From the human T2T-CHM13v2.0 reference genome, Homo sapiens: a DNA stretch of 64,000 bases. Shown piece after piece: positions 1 to 13,340 of the stretch. The first letter of the stretch is position 1; each line of letters starts with the position of its first letter. Where the stretch lies: the NCBI RefSeq assembly GCF_009914755.1, contig NC_060931.1; one strand, given 5' to 3'. Position numbers and translations under genes: made by a program. A model generated the notes under the pieces. That model searched no databases. It was not told the origin of the DNA and saw nothing but the letters and a program-made list of their open reading frames with translations.

Positions 1-766
1 AGTAGTTTGGCAATTTCGGGTCTTATGTTTAAGTCATGAATTCTTTTTTTTTAACTTTTGCATATGGAGTGAAATGAGGTTCTAATTTCATTCTTCTGCA
101 TGTGGATATCTTGTTTTCCAACACCATTTATTGAAGAGACTATTTTTTTTCCTGTTTGTGTTCTTGGCAAATTTGTTGAAGATTAATTAACTGTAAATGT
201 GAAGATTTACTCTTAGGCTTTCTGTTTTGTTTCATTTGTCTCTATTTCTGTTATTAGTGTTAGTACCATCTGTTTTGATTACCATGGTTTTGCAGTAAAT
301 TTTGAGATAAGGAAGTGTGATGCCAGTACTTTTGCTCTGTTTTGCTCAAGGTTGCTTTGTCTCTTTGGCATCTTTTTTGGATTTTACAAATTTTAGATTT
401 TTTTTTCTATTTCTGTAAAAATTGTTACTGTAATTTTGATAAGGATCGCATTGATCTGCATATTTCTTTGGGCAGTATCAGCATTTTAATAATATTAATT
501 ATTTCAATCCATGAACATGGGATATCTTTCCATTTATATGTGTTGTCTTCAATTTCTTTCATACATGCTTTATAGTTTTCAGTGTATAGATCTTTCACCT
601 TCTTGGTTATATTTATTCCTAAGTGTCTTTTTAAAATGTCATTATAAATGAGACTCTTTTCTTTATTTTTTTAATTGAATAATGTATAGAAACACTAATG
701 ATTTTTGTATGTTGATTATGTATCCTGCTACTTTATTTAATTTGTTTATTAGTTCTAACAGTTTTT
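1..766 (-). mobile_element. Old LINE-1 (L1M/L1MA-type) ORF2 3' region fragment, runs off window start
   Basis: Antisense L1 ORF2 motifs such as ttcattcttctgcatgtggatatc, caacaccatttattgaagagact and ccatgaacatgggatatctttccattt; homologous to the L1PA at ~50200-50930. Confidence 0.9.
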
Positions 767-769
767 CAT

Positions 770-870
770 TTAAATGGTATTTATTATCTTTCAGTTTCCA
801 GGTGCTGTGCTCAGTCCAGGAATACAATGATGAATACGATCAAGGCCCTTATTTCAGAGCTGACACACAC
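770..870 (-). mobile_element. L2 3'-end fragment
   Basis: tatttatt...ccaggtgctgtgctcag...ggaatacaatgatgaata...aggccct...cagagctgaca resembles the reverse complement of the L2 3' end. Confidence 0.55.
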
Positions 871-2989
871 TATACATAATGCATCAAAAATTGCGTTCTC
901 GCTATATTTCTGTTTATTTGGTTTTATCTGCAAGAATATAGATAGCATCTGCTTTGATATAAAACTTTTATGTGTCTTATGTAGTTGATTTGTAAATGTC
1001 CTATCTATAAATATAAAACAATAAATTACTAGTTACAGTTAACTTAGGAAAACTTTTAATCATGTCCTACATTTTACACCTTGTAATTTCTACCAAATGT
1101 TTGTATTTTTATGTCTTATTAAATATAATAAATATTTGTCTTAACATATTTTAATAGAATTCCTCATATGTTTTGCAGAAAGCTAATTATGGTTTTCCAT
1201 GTGATTTTTCTTTCATATATACAGTATTATTTAAAATAAATTTGTATAAAATAAGCCAAGTGTTTTTTATTGTAATGTGTATATTACATTAAGAAATACT
1301 ATACATTCTCTAATGCCATTTTATATGCAATCTTCTAAGCACTAAGTTTATATTTACCAGGAAAAGGTTCAATTTGGTGACTTAGGTCATGGCTTTTTTA
1401 TTCTTTATTTAGAGTTGACAGTAGTGTAGGCGTATGTCTGGGCCATTCGCCCAACTATACCAATGGTTCCCTTTCATTTTCTTTCCCTGATTCAGCATCA
1501 AGCATGAGTTACATATGGTCACCAATCTTCCAGACAAAAAATAGCTAAAGAATAGTAAATTTTTCCACTACATTAGTCATCTGGGACTCCTCTCTGTGGT
1601 CAGTACCTGCATGGAAAAAGGATTAAAAAAGCATTTTCACTGATAACAGTCCTTCAAATATATTATTTTTTCAAAGATCATCAAACCACAAAGATAGTTC
1701 CAGTCAGACATCCAGATGTTTACTCTGAGTCACAGAGTAGCTATCAAACACTGTGGTAAGGGATTCCCTAAGTAGGTAACCGAGTTTTCTGTAGACAGCA
1801 AAGGCTCTTAGACATGGATTTGAGTAATCAAGTTTTATTTAGTTTGCTGACTTTCAAGTTTCATTCCATGGCTTTTTTGACTACTCTGTATAAAATTTGG
1901 AGCTATGTTTTATAATAAATACAATGCAGAATAGAGCAGAGTTCCCACAATGAGGTAGTTCATAGATGCATCAGATGTGCTTAAGAAACTATAAAAATAG
2001 CTAAACACCTAGACACATTATAATTAGCACTGTCAAATATCATTGGAACAATTTAGAGGATAAGGGTATCACATCTGTTTGGAAATATCAAGAAGTCTTC
2101 ACAAAATTGATTCTACACTTTATGAGACTGAAGGATTTCAACACACAGAAAGAGGGTGACATTTTAGGGAGAAGCAAAGTTATGAGCTTGTATTAGACTT
2201 TTGTGACCATAGGAAATTATTGGGATTAAATCGTGAAAACTATGCAGAGCTTTAATTTTGGATGCTGACTTGGGCAATTTTTATTAAATTTGGTAGCTTT
2301 TTTTTTAGTATAATTACATTTTCTAAGTGTGATCTAGAAAATTTAATCTGAAGTCTTGAGTAGAATGAAATAACATAGGGCAAGAATAAAGAAATGAAAC
2401 CAATGAGGAGATAACGACACCAATGAAGAGATAAGAGAACAATGAGGATGCCATACAAAGTACAAAAAAAAAAAAAAAGAGAGAGACAGAAAAGAAAGGA
2501 AAGGAGAAATGTATTGACAAAGTAGAAATTATACTGCCTAACTAGCTAAGAAATACATTTGACAAACTATGCTAAACATTTCTGTTATTTTGAATTGGGA
2601 CTTGTATATTGCAGACATTTTTATTAGATTGAGAGGTAGGTTAGTAGACTTGGCTTTCACCCTATTAAATTTGTAGTTCCATGAATTCTTCTGGGCAGTT
2701 TATCTAGTAGACAATTAAAATTAGAGAACTGAAAGTCCAGAGAAATCTAGACATAATTCAACTGGTGGTAATTGTGAAATTTGTTAATTATTGAAATCAA
2801 AGTCTTATATTTTATTGACAATGTTATAGGGTATTCCATGTGTAGTATGATTAGCTTTATGCTACAATCGTTTTCAGCAAATTTATCTCAATTTTGCTTT
2901 ATGCGTTGGCTGTAATTGACAAGCTTGGGTGTGCAATGACTGGGACAGATGGTCTCATTATCCATACCCATTTATCTTTTCTTTCTTAA

Positions 2990-3120
2990 TTTCATTCATT
3001 ACTCAAATAACAGTAAATGATTACTATGTGCTCAACAGTATGTAAATTACAGTGCTGTATAAAATTGAGAGATACACAGGTTTTTTTTTCCCTCAAGATA
3101 CTAAGGTTGGTTGAGGAGTA
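2990..3120 (-). mobile_element. L2 3'-end fragment
   Basis: ttcattcatt...aaatgattactatgtgc...cctcaaga pattern typical of an antisense L2 tail. Confidence 0.45.
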
Positions 3121-4735
3121 GGATATCATTGCTAATTGAAGTATGGTTTTAGAATCATGAATTCAAAAATTCCATTACATTAACTGATTTGTCATACAAG
3201 GCTCAATTAGAAATCAGGAATAATTAAATATGTTTACCTAAAAATATCTGAGTGTCATTTGACAAATACATAAAGAAAGAGTGATTCAGCAATCTGTATT
3301 CATGACAAGTAAGAATCAGATTTTGGCAATACTTGCCCTTCTTTGAAAAGTTGTCTTTTGCAGTTTGCCTTAGAAAACAATTTGGAGAATATTGCTTGTT
3401 GTTCATAATATGATTGAAGTTTCATACTATTACAGATAATATTTTTGATTCATGAACTTCACTTACTCCTCTCCAAATTTGTTTTAATAAGCCACATCTA
3501 GATTTTTAAAATTTGGAATGTGAAGGCAGACTTCTATGCCACCAATTATTTTCCTAACCATTTTCCCTTTTCCCTTCCTTTCTTTTTTCTTTTCTCTTTT
3601 AAAAATTTTTCTTCTCCTTTTTCCTTTTCTGAATAAATCAGAGACCAAGATTCTGTGTTTGCACATATCAGCACGTATGGCCCTAAAATACATGTAATGT
3701 TTCATTTAATTCAAAACAGTCTTGGTGGATAACAATAATTGGGTGAACTATACAGATAGGCTCCTCCTTGGTTCTTCACCAAATAAGCCTAGTTCTCACA
3801 AGCTTTGCTCTCTATAATCCTGGCACCTGAACAACATTAGAAACATTGCAATCCATCTAAAATAAGGAAGGTTTTCTAATAGTTTTAGAACTACAAAACT
3901 ATAGCTACTTTCAAATTACCTTTTAAGTTTTGAAAACTTTAATTTCAGAATTTTATCTTGACTTATACCATGTATACTTGAATATATTACCCGTTATTGT
4001 TAACATTTAATTTCCTTTTTGTTATAGTTAAGGAAAAAATACATATTAATAAGAATAGCAATATCTATACAATAGTTTTTTGGGTGTGCCATCTATGCCT
4101 GGAAAAATATTAGATTAGACATAAAACACAGGTAGTTTTATGAAAAATTTAGTTTTCATTTTCTATTTGGTCACCTTTACTTTTCTGAATTACCTATAAA
4201 AATGGGCACATGAGCAAAACATTGATGTCTTATAGAGGACAGTACTAACAACATTAAAAAAGAAAAAAATTACCCCCAGCGATTTATGCTACTTTTAAGA
4301 TAGGTTTATTCAGGAGGTTAGGGCTTACCAGTACCTCTCTACCTCCACTATGAACTTCACTAAGAAGATTGTGTGGGAATTATCACTAAATTGGTGGTGT
4401 TTTCATTAGTTATGGCATCTAACCAAAGACATCTGAGGGGCCATATCACAAATTTGAAACAGCAGAGAAAACTTGCCTTTTGTTTTCCTTGTGGAGTAAT
4501 TAACTGAAGGTGCAGAGTATCATTTCTCTGTAAATTACTTGGGATATATTTTTAAATTAACCATCTCCAAACATTTTATGTATAAATAGCATTTTATAAT
4601 TCCATGCTGTAATTACTTCCTCATGCTAAAATCAAAGTTGGTAAAAATATATCAGCCTCTTTTATTGGACTTATTTTTTATACTCTTCCCAGTTTACCCA
4701 TTGGGGATACACTCTCCAAAGTTTTTTTTTCCATA

Positions 4736-4764
4736 AAACAAAACAAACAAACAAACAAACAAAA
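4736..4764. repeat. (AAAC)n microsatellite
   Basis: aaaacaaaacaaacaaacaaacaaacaaa seen directly. Confidence 0.9.
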
Positions 4765-5212
4765 CCTTTAGATGTTTGGGTTTCCATATTTAGCCAAAGA
4801 AAACATTGGATGTAGACATCCAATGTTTCTTTATTAAATTTTTAATTCTTTATTAAACTCCTGTCCTTTATTTGAATTTTCTTTTTACCATTTCTTGTTT
4901 AAATCTATACAAGACCATGGTCCTCTAAAAGCCATCAATTTTACTTTAAACCAAAATTTTAATTTACATATTTTTTCAGAATTCTAAATTGAGCCCCAAT
5001 GATTACTCTTACAGTACAATAGCGGTGTTAATATAAGAGTCTCAAAACTTATACAGGAAAATAGTAACAGGTTTTGATAGAAATTTCAAATGTTTACCTA
5101 CAAAACCATATATAATGAGATTAACATATGGCTGAAACACAACACTCATATCTTATTAAAATGATAACTCCATGGAAGTGGAATATTTTATATCCTTATT
5201 TTAAAAGCTAGC

Positions 5213-5600
5213 TGTGTTAGTTTGGCTGGGCTGCCATAACAAAGTACCACAGACTGGATGACATAAACAACAGGAATTTATTTCATACAATTCTGAAAGG
5301 CAAAATGTCCGAGATCAAGGTGTCAGCCAGGTTAATTTCTTCCGAGGCCTGTCTTGTTGGTTTGCAGATGGTCATCTTCTCTGCGTATGTTCATATGGGC
5401 TTTCTTCTGTGTGTGTCTGTATCCAAATTTCCTCCTCATGTAAGGACACAACATATACTAGATTATGGCCCATTTTAATGATTCCATTTAAACTTAATTA
5501 CCTCTTTAATTACCCTATCTCCAAGTACAGTCACATTCTGAGGCACTCTGGGTTAAGGCTTCAACATGTAAATTTTGGGAAGAAATAATTCACCATAATA
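5213..5600 (-). mobile_element. MaLR solo LTR, MLT1B-like
   Basis: Starts tgtgttagtttggctgggctgccataacaaagtaccacagactgg; contains gagatcaaggtgtcagc and cagtcacattctgagg; ~390 bp. Confidence 0.85.
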
Positions 5601-6304
5601 TAAGCTGTTAAATTTAAAATGCTGTATTTAAAACACTATCTACATGCTCTATTTTAGAAGTAAGCACAGGTTAAGAGTTGAAAAATTGTTAATTATATAT
5701 AAAGCCAGAATTAGTAATTCTTCCAGAAGCAAAACTTATTTTCTTCTTTGAATAATATCCTTAGTATTTTGACTGGAAAATGTTCATTAACTAGAATTTT
5801 AAGCACCTAATATCTAAATTCATTGGTAGATTTTACTGCCAATTCATTTGTGGTAACTTTGTTACTTTGTCTTGGAGAAGACAAAGATCAATAAGATACT
5901 GGTTCTGTCCTTAAAATATCCACTCAAGATTCAAGGGGGAAGGCATATTATTCCAAGAAAGAAATGGCTATTTTTCCTGAACAAATTATCATGGACATAA
6001 TATAAACAATTTTCTACTGTTCTTTATTTTTTTCATTATAATTTCGCTAGCTCTGTCAAATTTAGGTAATGCCTTCATTATATAGAAATTAAATACTTAT
6101 TACTTTTAAATGTTAATACATTTTGTTGCAATTCAGTTCTGGAACAATGAAATGCTTAACAGGAAGAGGAAAAAGATTCAATTCTATGGGTCTGCATAGC
6201 AACCAAATTAAAAATAGTCTAAAAATACCTAGAATAAGGCAAGGGAAAAACTGCATGATTCATTTTTCATTTTGATACTTCAATGTTTTTGACACTCTTT
6301 ACAC

Positions 6305-6937
6305 TGATGTAGGATTTTTCTTCTTGGTCATTTTGTAAGCCAGGACCCACAGCTGGCAATGCTCTGCCTGGGCCTCACTTGGCCATGCTGGTGTGCCCCA
6401 GGTTGCCTGTGTTGTAGCTTGCACTCACATTTGGTGGTTCCTGAGCTCTTGCACCATGTCCAAGAAGAATGAAGATACACAGGACATTGAAGGAAGGGGA
6501 AGATGGAGAAGAATTTTATTGAGTGAAGGAAATGGCTTTCAGAGAAGAGGGGATCTAGGATTGGTCCCCCTACTTGAAGGCAGGAAAGGTCCCCCACCTC
6601 ATGTGGCTGGGTCTGGGGCCTTTTGTTGATACAGAATGGGGAGTGCGTGCTGATTGGTTTGTGAGTATGAAAAAAAAGATTAAAGCAAAGACACCACTCA
6701 AAGGTGGGCACCACAGTGTAGAAAATCAATTAGGAGAGGGTAGACATATGTAAAATAGGTGAAGAGTGGGGAACTATCAGAGGAAAGCATGCCAAATGGG
6801 AAGACAAGTTCTCAATCCAGTGCAAGGATATAAGTTGTAGCTTGGCTTTCAGGCTTTAAACTGTCTTTGGCTTGAGGTGGGGTTTCACCAGCAATTCCCC
6901 ATCCGCCTAGGCATTTAGCTGCCTCCTGCCACTCTCA
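6305..6937 (-). mobile_element. ERV1 solo LTR of the LTR1/LTR27/LTR28/LTR29 group
   Basis: TG...CA termini (tgatgtagg...ctctca); reverse complement begins tgagagtggcaggaggcagctaaatgcctaggc and contains tgaaaccccacctcaagcc; minus-strand AATAAA at ~6515. Confidence 0.8.
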
Positions 6938-7111
6938 GTACTACTAATAAATAAGCACTGAGTTAATTTAGCTTATTTTCTGTTAAAACGTTTTATATTG
7001 TAAAGTATGGAATACTGATCTTTAGTAAAGATAGCCATACAATTGGAAAAAAATCAATGTAAAGATAATGAGTACGTATTTAGTTTTGTCCAATATCAAT
7101 CATTGCTTCTA

Positions 7112-7200
7112 GTATACATATGTAACTAACCTGCACAATGTGCACATGTACCCTAAAACTTAAAGTATAATAAAAAAATAAAAAAAAAGAAAAAAGAAAA
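7112..7200 (+). mobile_element. Very short L1PA2/L1HS(non-Ta)-type 3'-end stub with A-rich tail
   Basis: gtatacatatgtaactaacctgcacaatgtgcacatgtaccctaaaacttaaagtataat followed by an A tail; no TSD seen. Confidence 0.9.
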
Positions 7201-7697
7201 TAATCTCTCACTATCTCTTAATTTTATAGTTCATTTGAATATTTTCTAACACAGGATTTTGCTAATTCACATTTTAAACTGTTTTTGGGAAACTAATTTA
7301 TGTTAACACAACTTCGTAAACATTCATGCCCATGTTCCCTCTTCTCTGCAGATTAAAATTTTTCATCATAGCCATTATATCTCGTTCTGATACTGCTAAG
7401 GCAAAGTAAAGGTAAAAAGAGGTAAGTGCTCAGAAGAGCTAGAAATGTAGCTTTTTTTTAATGATAGCATGTACTGGTAACCTTATATCAAATTCCATCA
7501 CCGTATAACTGAATATTAAACTAAAAAGTATATAATAATATGTGTCCTGTATGTATCCCTAAAGTGCATTTTATTATGGCCAATGTATCAGAATACGTTA
7601 AGCTGGATATACTCACCTGAAAGAGGAAATAAATATTTTTTTTAAAAAATCAGTCTGAAGGAGGATTGTCCATCTTTTTATATATTAAAAAAACTGA

Positions 7698-8010
<313 letters not shown>

Positions 8011-8199
8011 TAAAAAAACTGAAAAGAGAATTCTCTAGTCTATCGCTTTGCTGTTTTTATTTAATGAATACAAACTTCCCATCATTTCTCCTTTTTTTCT
8101 TGCTATTAACATGGAAAGAAATACATAATTTTGTATTTGTATTTAGTAGCTCTTTAGCTACAGTTTCCCTTTCCCTTTCTCTTTCTTTCTTTCTTTTAT

Positions 8200-9080
8200 T
8201 AGAACAAATTATGTAAGGACATTATATAAATTTTCTTAGATATTATGTTTTCCTCTTCTAAAATTTTCATTTGGTTCCTTTAAATTGTTTTCATTTCCCT
8301 TAAGATTTCTTACTCGTTCATTACAAGCACATTTTCCTTTATACCCATGCACATAAATATAACAACTGTTTTATCTAGTAATTTCAACATTTTTGTTATC
8401 TCATGTTGGTTCCTTTCTTACTGAATACAGGTCACATTGCCTTTCTTCTTAAATACAGATCACATTTTCTATGTGTCCTGAGTATTGTGGATGAGAATAT
8501 TGCAGACATTCCAATTTTGGTTATATTCCACCAAAGTTTAATGAGTTTTGTTTGTAATAAAATACTGTTAAATTGGCTAAGTCAAACACAGCTTTCCTGA
8601 AGTGGTTAGCAGCAGAAATTTGTTTAACTCTTTCAGCCTTAGCTGGGCTGTTTGAAATCTGTCACACGCATCCATCATTCAGCAGTTGGCTAGAGATTTG
8701 AAAAGAGCTCATGTGCAGGATTTGAGGATGTTTCCCCCCAAGGATCCCCCCTTTTGTGGAATTCTTTCCAGTTGTAATAGCTCTCCTTTCCTATGGCTCT
8801 TCATGCCATTAAGCTGTAAGATTCTAAGTTTTTGTCATTTTGTATGCCACCAACTGGGGCCTGCTTTTAAGGTAAAAGCTACTAAAAACAAAAACAAAAA
8901 CAAAAACAAAAACAAAAAACATGAGAAAGTCCTCTAGCTTCTGCTTGCTTTTGGTCATTCTCCAGTACCTCTAGATAATTTACCTATATTATTTATTTAT
9001 TTTTCTCCTAAGATCATAATTGTTATTTCTTGGAGAAAAGGTCTGACAACATCTACTCTATCACTATCAGGGCAGAACTT
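8200..9080 (-). mobile_element. Ancient L1M (L1ME/L1MD-type) 5' region fragment
   Basis: T-rich antisense L1M pattern (ttctaaaattttcatttggttcctt, tagtaatttcaacat, ggttatattccacc); contains (AAAAAC)n at ~8884-8920. Confidence 0.55.
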
Positions 9081-10517
9081 TCTATATAAATTAACATATC
9101 TAATCTTCCAAACTTATCTCTAACACAGAATAGTTATTTCATTAAATTTCATGACACATATGTAGCTCTTTTAAGAATGGTGCTATTCAACATATCCTCA
9201 TCTTGCTCCCCAATCAGATGAAGAGCAAAACTATTTGTTTTACTAATATTATGTTTAAAATATGTCTACAACATAGACATATTTGTATAGACATATTGTC
9301 CTACAACAATATTCAGTAACCAATATTTTCTGATCTCCATTCAACTTCCTCCACATAAAACAGTACACATACAATAATTTTACCTCAGGAATGTAATAAA
9401 AATGTGAGTGAGACTGTAACACATAATAAAAAATTACTTATGAAAAAGTCTATATGTTTTCATTTTAATATAAAATGTGTCTGGCTTATAATTCATGCTG
9501 TTTTATAATAACCGGCAGCATTTTGAAAAGGTTGGTGGCACATTATAACATGATGCATCCTATGACTGAAAGTGTCTTTGATTTGAGGGATTAATGTAAA
9601 CATTTTTGCATATATGCATATAATGTTGAAGGAATCACAATAAACTTGTGGAAAATATACTATACCGTTTGGATTCACTTGGATTTAAAGTAATGTACTT
9701 CACTAATTATAAACCAAAATCAGCATACACTTGTTTCATTCATTTTACTGTAATCTTAAAATGTGCCAATAAAAATTGCACATAAAAGTGTAATTTTTTT
9801 CCTAGTTGCTTTCATGTATATGTGAGTGTGCCCCTGTATGTGTGGAATCAGACAATAAATTGAACATTAATCAGTAAAACACCATCTTCTACAAAAATCA
9901 AAGTGAGCGCTTTACTATAAAATCAAAGTCTCAGCATATTAAGAGTAAAAACCCAAGGGATAGATATGAATCTCATATGGATTATAGAATAAGGAATAAA
10001 AGTCACTGTGTTTCCTGTCTAACATAGAAACTTCAGCTGAAAAATATTAATGACAAAGCAAAAAGTTTATAAAATACATAAAAGAAATGTGTTTTCAAAA
10101 CTAGGCATTTGGCCAACTGTGACTGTGTCTGATTCTATATATAGTTTTTAAAGCCAAGACTGTCAAAATGAACTTGAACTAAATTACTAGAATTATGAAA
10201 TTCCCTATAGAGACAATAGCCATTAAATAGCTGTGGCCAAAAAGAGTTAAACATTCTCTATTTGATTTCCTTCTTTTGATCTTCTCACCATGATTTAAAT
10301 GTTAGAAGAATGTTAATAGTGATGCCACAAATTCTAAGCAGTTATTTATTTACATAATTCCAGTTATGTGCTAGAGGAGGAGATTGAACCTACTGACATG
10401 CTTCTCTAGGAAGAGGTTGGTCTTAAAAACAGGGAAAGAAAAGAAATATATGAGATTAACAATAAGTAAAGAAACTTAGACTTAACTTTAACAACATCAA
10501 TAAAAATTAGAGTTGGA

Positions 10518-10655
10518 ATTGGAGACTGATTTGTAATAACTCTGTCTCCTGTGTGGCTGACCTCATGTTAATTAAACTCTTTGCTGCAATATCATGGTAT
10601 TAGTGTTTTGGTTTTGTCTGTGCAGCAGGTAGGAAGAACCTGCCAGGCAATTATA
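10518..10655 (+). mobile_element. 5' LTR remnant (R+U5 only), LTR8A-like
   Basis: ggagactgatttg...ATTAAA (10571)...ggttttgtctgtgcagcaggtaggaagaacc...caattata; homologous to 21841-21910 and to the 3' end of the solo LTR at ~27225-27370. Confidence 0.85.
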
Positions 10656-10659
10656 AATT

Positions 10660-10677
10660 TGGGAGCTCACCCAGGAT
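10660..10677 (+). promoter_or_regulatory. Retroviral primer-binding site complementary to tRNA-Pro
   Basis: tgggagctcacccaggat vs TGGGGGCTCGTCCGGGAT: 14/18 match, two mismatches are CpG decay; lies 4 nt after the LTR end. Confidence 0.8.
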
Positions 10678-11408
10678 GTACCCTTGCAGATGCCTGTCTG
10701 AGGTTTGTCAGCCCACTACCGGTACACAGACCTGGAGGTGAAATCTGGTGGCCACTTGTTTCTCTTGAACTGACGGCCATCTGTGGTGCTGTCCCTGTTG
10801 GGGGCAGTATTACTGACCTATAGTGCCTGGACCTAATTGCAGTGGAGAAATAGTTCTTGGAAGACATCTTTAAACTGGTCTGGTGAGTATTTTAAGCGCA
10901 GCCAACAACTCCTTCCCTCTCTGAATTGGTTGACTCCTTCGAGGGTCATGGTTGGCACCTTCTGGGATCTTGACCCGCTCTCTCTAAATGATAAGAAGCG
11001 TCTTTGTTTGGGGAGATTTATCCCCAGTTAGATGGAAAATAGGAGGTTCCTTTGGAAAAATACTCTTAGAAAATTTTTGTTAGAAATCTTGGTTTTGAAG
11101 GCCTTTTTTCCTTTACCGTGTTGTGTGTGTTTGTAAGTGTGGAGAGGATTTCCCAAAAAAATTGCTGGCAGAAGTTCTGTAGGCTCTCCTAGTTTGATTG
11201 ACTATTCACATTTGGTGAGCCCTGAAGGAAGCTCATTAGGCCTAACTCAGAGTGACTATCCACTCTTCTACCTTGACTGGAGACCATCCGTATAACTTTT
11301 GGTCAAAGATCATTCCATCCCATTTTGAGTGGATAAAATATAACAGGGCCAATGGAGGCAAGTTTGAGCTTTGTCATGTCAATACTTGGGTGCTGAGTGG
11401 GTAACTGG

Positions 11409-11518
11409 TGCACAGACAAAACCAATTTATTAAGACTATGATATTGCAGTAAAGAAATAATTTAATTTACATGAGGTCAGCCACATGGGAGACAGAGTTA
11501 TTATAAATCAGTCTCCAA
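11409..11518 (-). repeat. Inverted duplicate of the ERV's own 5' R/U5 segment (10519-~10624)
   Basis: Reverse complement reads ttggagactgatttataataactctgtctcccatgtggctgacctcatgtaaattaaa...ggttttgtctgtgca. Confidence 0.9.
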
Positions 11519-12649
11519 CCCTAGCTGTAATCTTTATTGATGATATTGAAGATATTGAAGTTACTTGTTTCTTTACTTATTGTTAAGCAAAATTGTGGTC
11601 TCTTGCCTATGGTGCCATTAAATAGAAAAGGATAATTTTCTTTTGTAACACAGCTTGGTCCCTACTGCTATGGTGCTGTGAGCAGGATCATCAAAACCTG
11701 CTGTGTTCTTCCAGAAGCTGCAGACAAGGGAACCCAGAAACCTCTCAAGCTGGCAAAAGCATACTAATTCCTTAGCAGCCAGGCTACTAGTCTCTCTCTC
11801 TCTGCCTCAACCAGTGGACTGAATGGTAAAAATCACTGTTTTTCTTCTCTGCAAGATTCTGATTAATGGGAAAAATGATTTGTGAGACTAGTATTAGGCT
11901 CTAGTAAATCTGATGTACTTTGTGCTATAAATGTGTCTTGTTGTGTTATTCAGTCATAAAGAGGGCTACCATAGGATACAATGCAGGCCTGGGACTCCTA
12001 TAACCTTGTGTTCAAACTGAACTTGCAGATTGGTCAATTAAAAATTTAGAGGCATTTCCCTTAGGCAAAAAATCCGGATATGGTTTCCCTCTTGTTTTAA
12101 CCCTCAAGAGCTTGACTTTGTGATCATGTAGGGATTCTCTCCCTTGGTCTCTGCCATCCAGAGGGTGGGAATTTTCAGGTTCATATTAGGTTACTGGTCT
12201 GAAAGGACTAAGAGTCTGAGATGCATTAGCACATTGTTCATCCCAAATGTGTCAAGCCCTCTGATGAGTTTTGTTTTAAAATGTCCCATACTATGGGGTT
12301 TTTGTCCTCTTTTGCTATATTAAGCCCCTTTCTGGGGGTGAATATTTGGGGATCGTGAGGATGCCTCCTCTATCATCTCTCCAGGAATACCTCTTCTGTA
12401 GTTGATAAGAACCTGGAAAATTACCATCTGAGTTTGAAAAGGGCTTTTGGATTGAGTTGCTATTTGAACTAAGTATGCCATTGAAAGAAAAATATTTTTA
12501 TAGCTATTTTATTCTCAACAATTGAATAAAAAGGTTTAAACTTAGAAAATGATATATAATAATGTCATGGATTCTCCTGGGCAGTGAAAATTCTTTGCAA
12601 GCTTGATGGCTGTTCTAGACTTCTTTTCAGAAAAGTTCTGGCAACTGCC

Positions 12650-12723
12650 CAATGCTGTAGCTTGGTAGCTAAGGCTTTGCCCTTTCATGATGGTGGCCTG
12701 GGTTCATATTTCTGGTTTAGGAA
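12650..12723 (+). pseudogene. Degenerate tRNA-Glu(TTC)-like relic inside the ERV internal region
   Basis: gtagcttggtagctaaggctttgccctTTCatgatggtggcctgggttcatatttctggtttaggaa aligns to mammalian tRNA-Glu-TTC; differences are mostly transitions/CpG decay. Confidence 0.6.
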
Positions 12724-13340
12724 ATTAGAATTTTTTGGCTTAATACCTGGGGGAATTTTGCTACTTATTGATTATTTTTTCCCTCCATGGACAGCTTCTG
12801 ATGTTCAGTCTTGCACCATCTCATCTTACAGTGGTTCCCTCCTTTGGGGGATTCAGGATTTGATGTAAAAATTGGATCCTTGACTTTTGGGGATCTAGTC
12901 TGCCTTCCACCTATCCCTCCCCATTAGACCTAGAAACTGCATGCTTTCTTGGTGCTGCTCCTTATAAGATTCCACCCTTAAGCCAGTAATACAATTAAGA
13001 AACTTACATCTAAGAAAATCACCACACGTAAGGATGTCCTTCTTTTGGCCATTTGAACTTCTACTCATACCATTTTCTCAGAGTTTGAGTAAAACATTAA
13101 TTATCTGTTTTGTTTCACTTAAGAATTACTCCTTTAGAAATGCAAATTTAGAATTGTCTAGCTGTTTAGGACAGGGAACAGGTAATCAAGAGACTAGTGG
13201 CCATTAAATTCTAGGAAACACCTGGGTACCTGTAGAGTTAGCAATGTCCCTTGGCTGTGCTGGGAAAAGTCAGACATGGTCAGGAGTTCTATTTTTGTCC
13301 TTGGTTCTGCAATCTAATAGATAAATTAAGTTACTTACTT

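Noticed and set aside
6328-6729. 133-aa ORF (and 119-aa ORF at 20821-21180)
   Set aside because: Chance frames within or overlapping LTR sequence.
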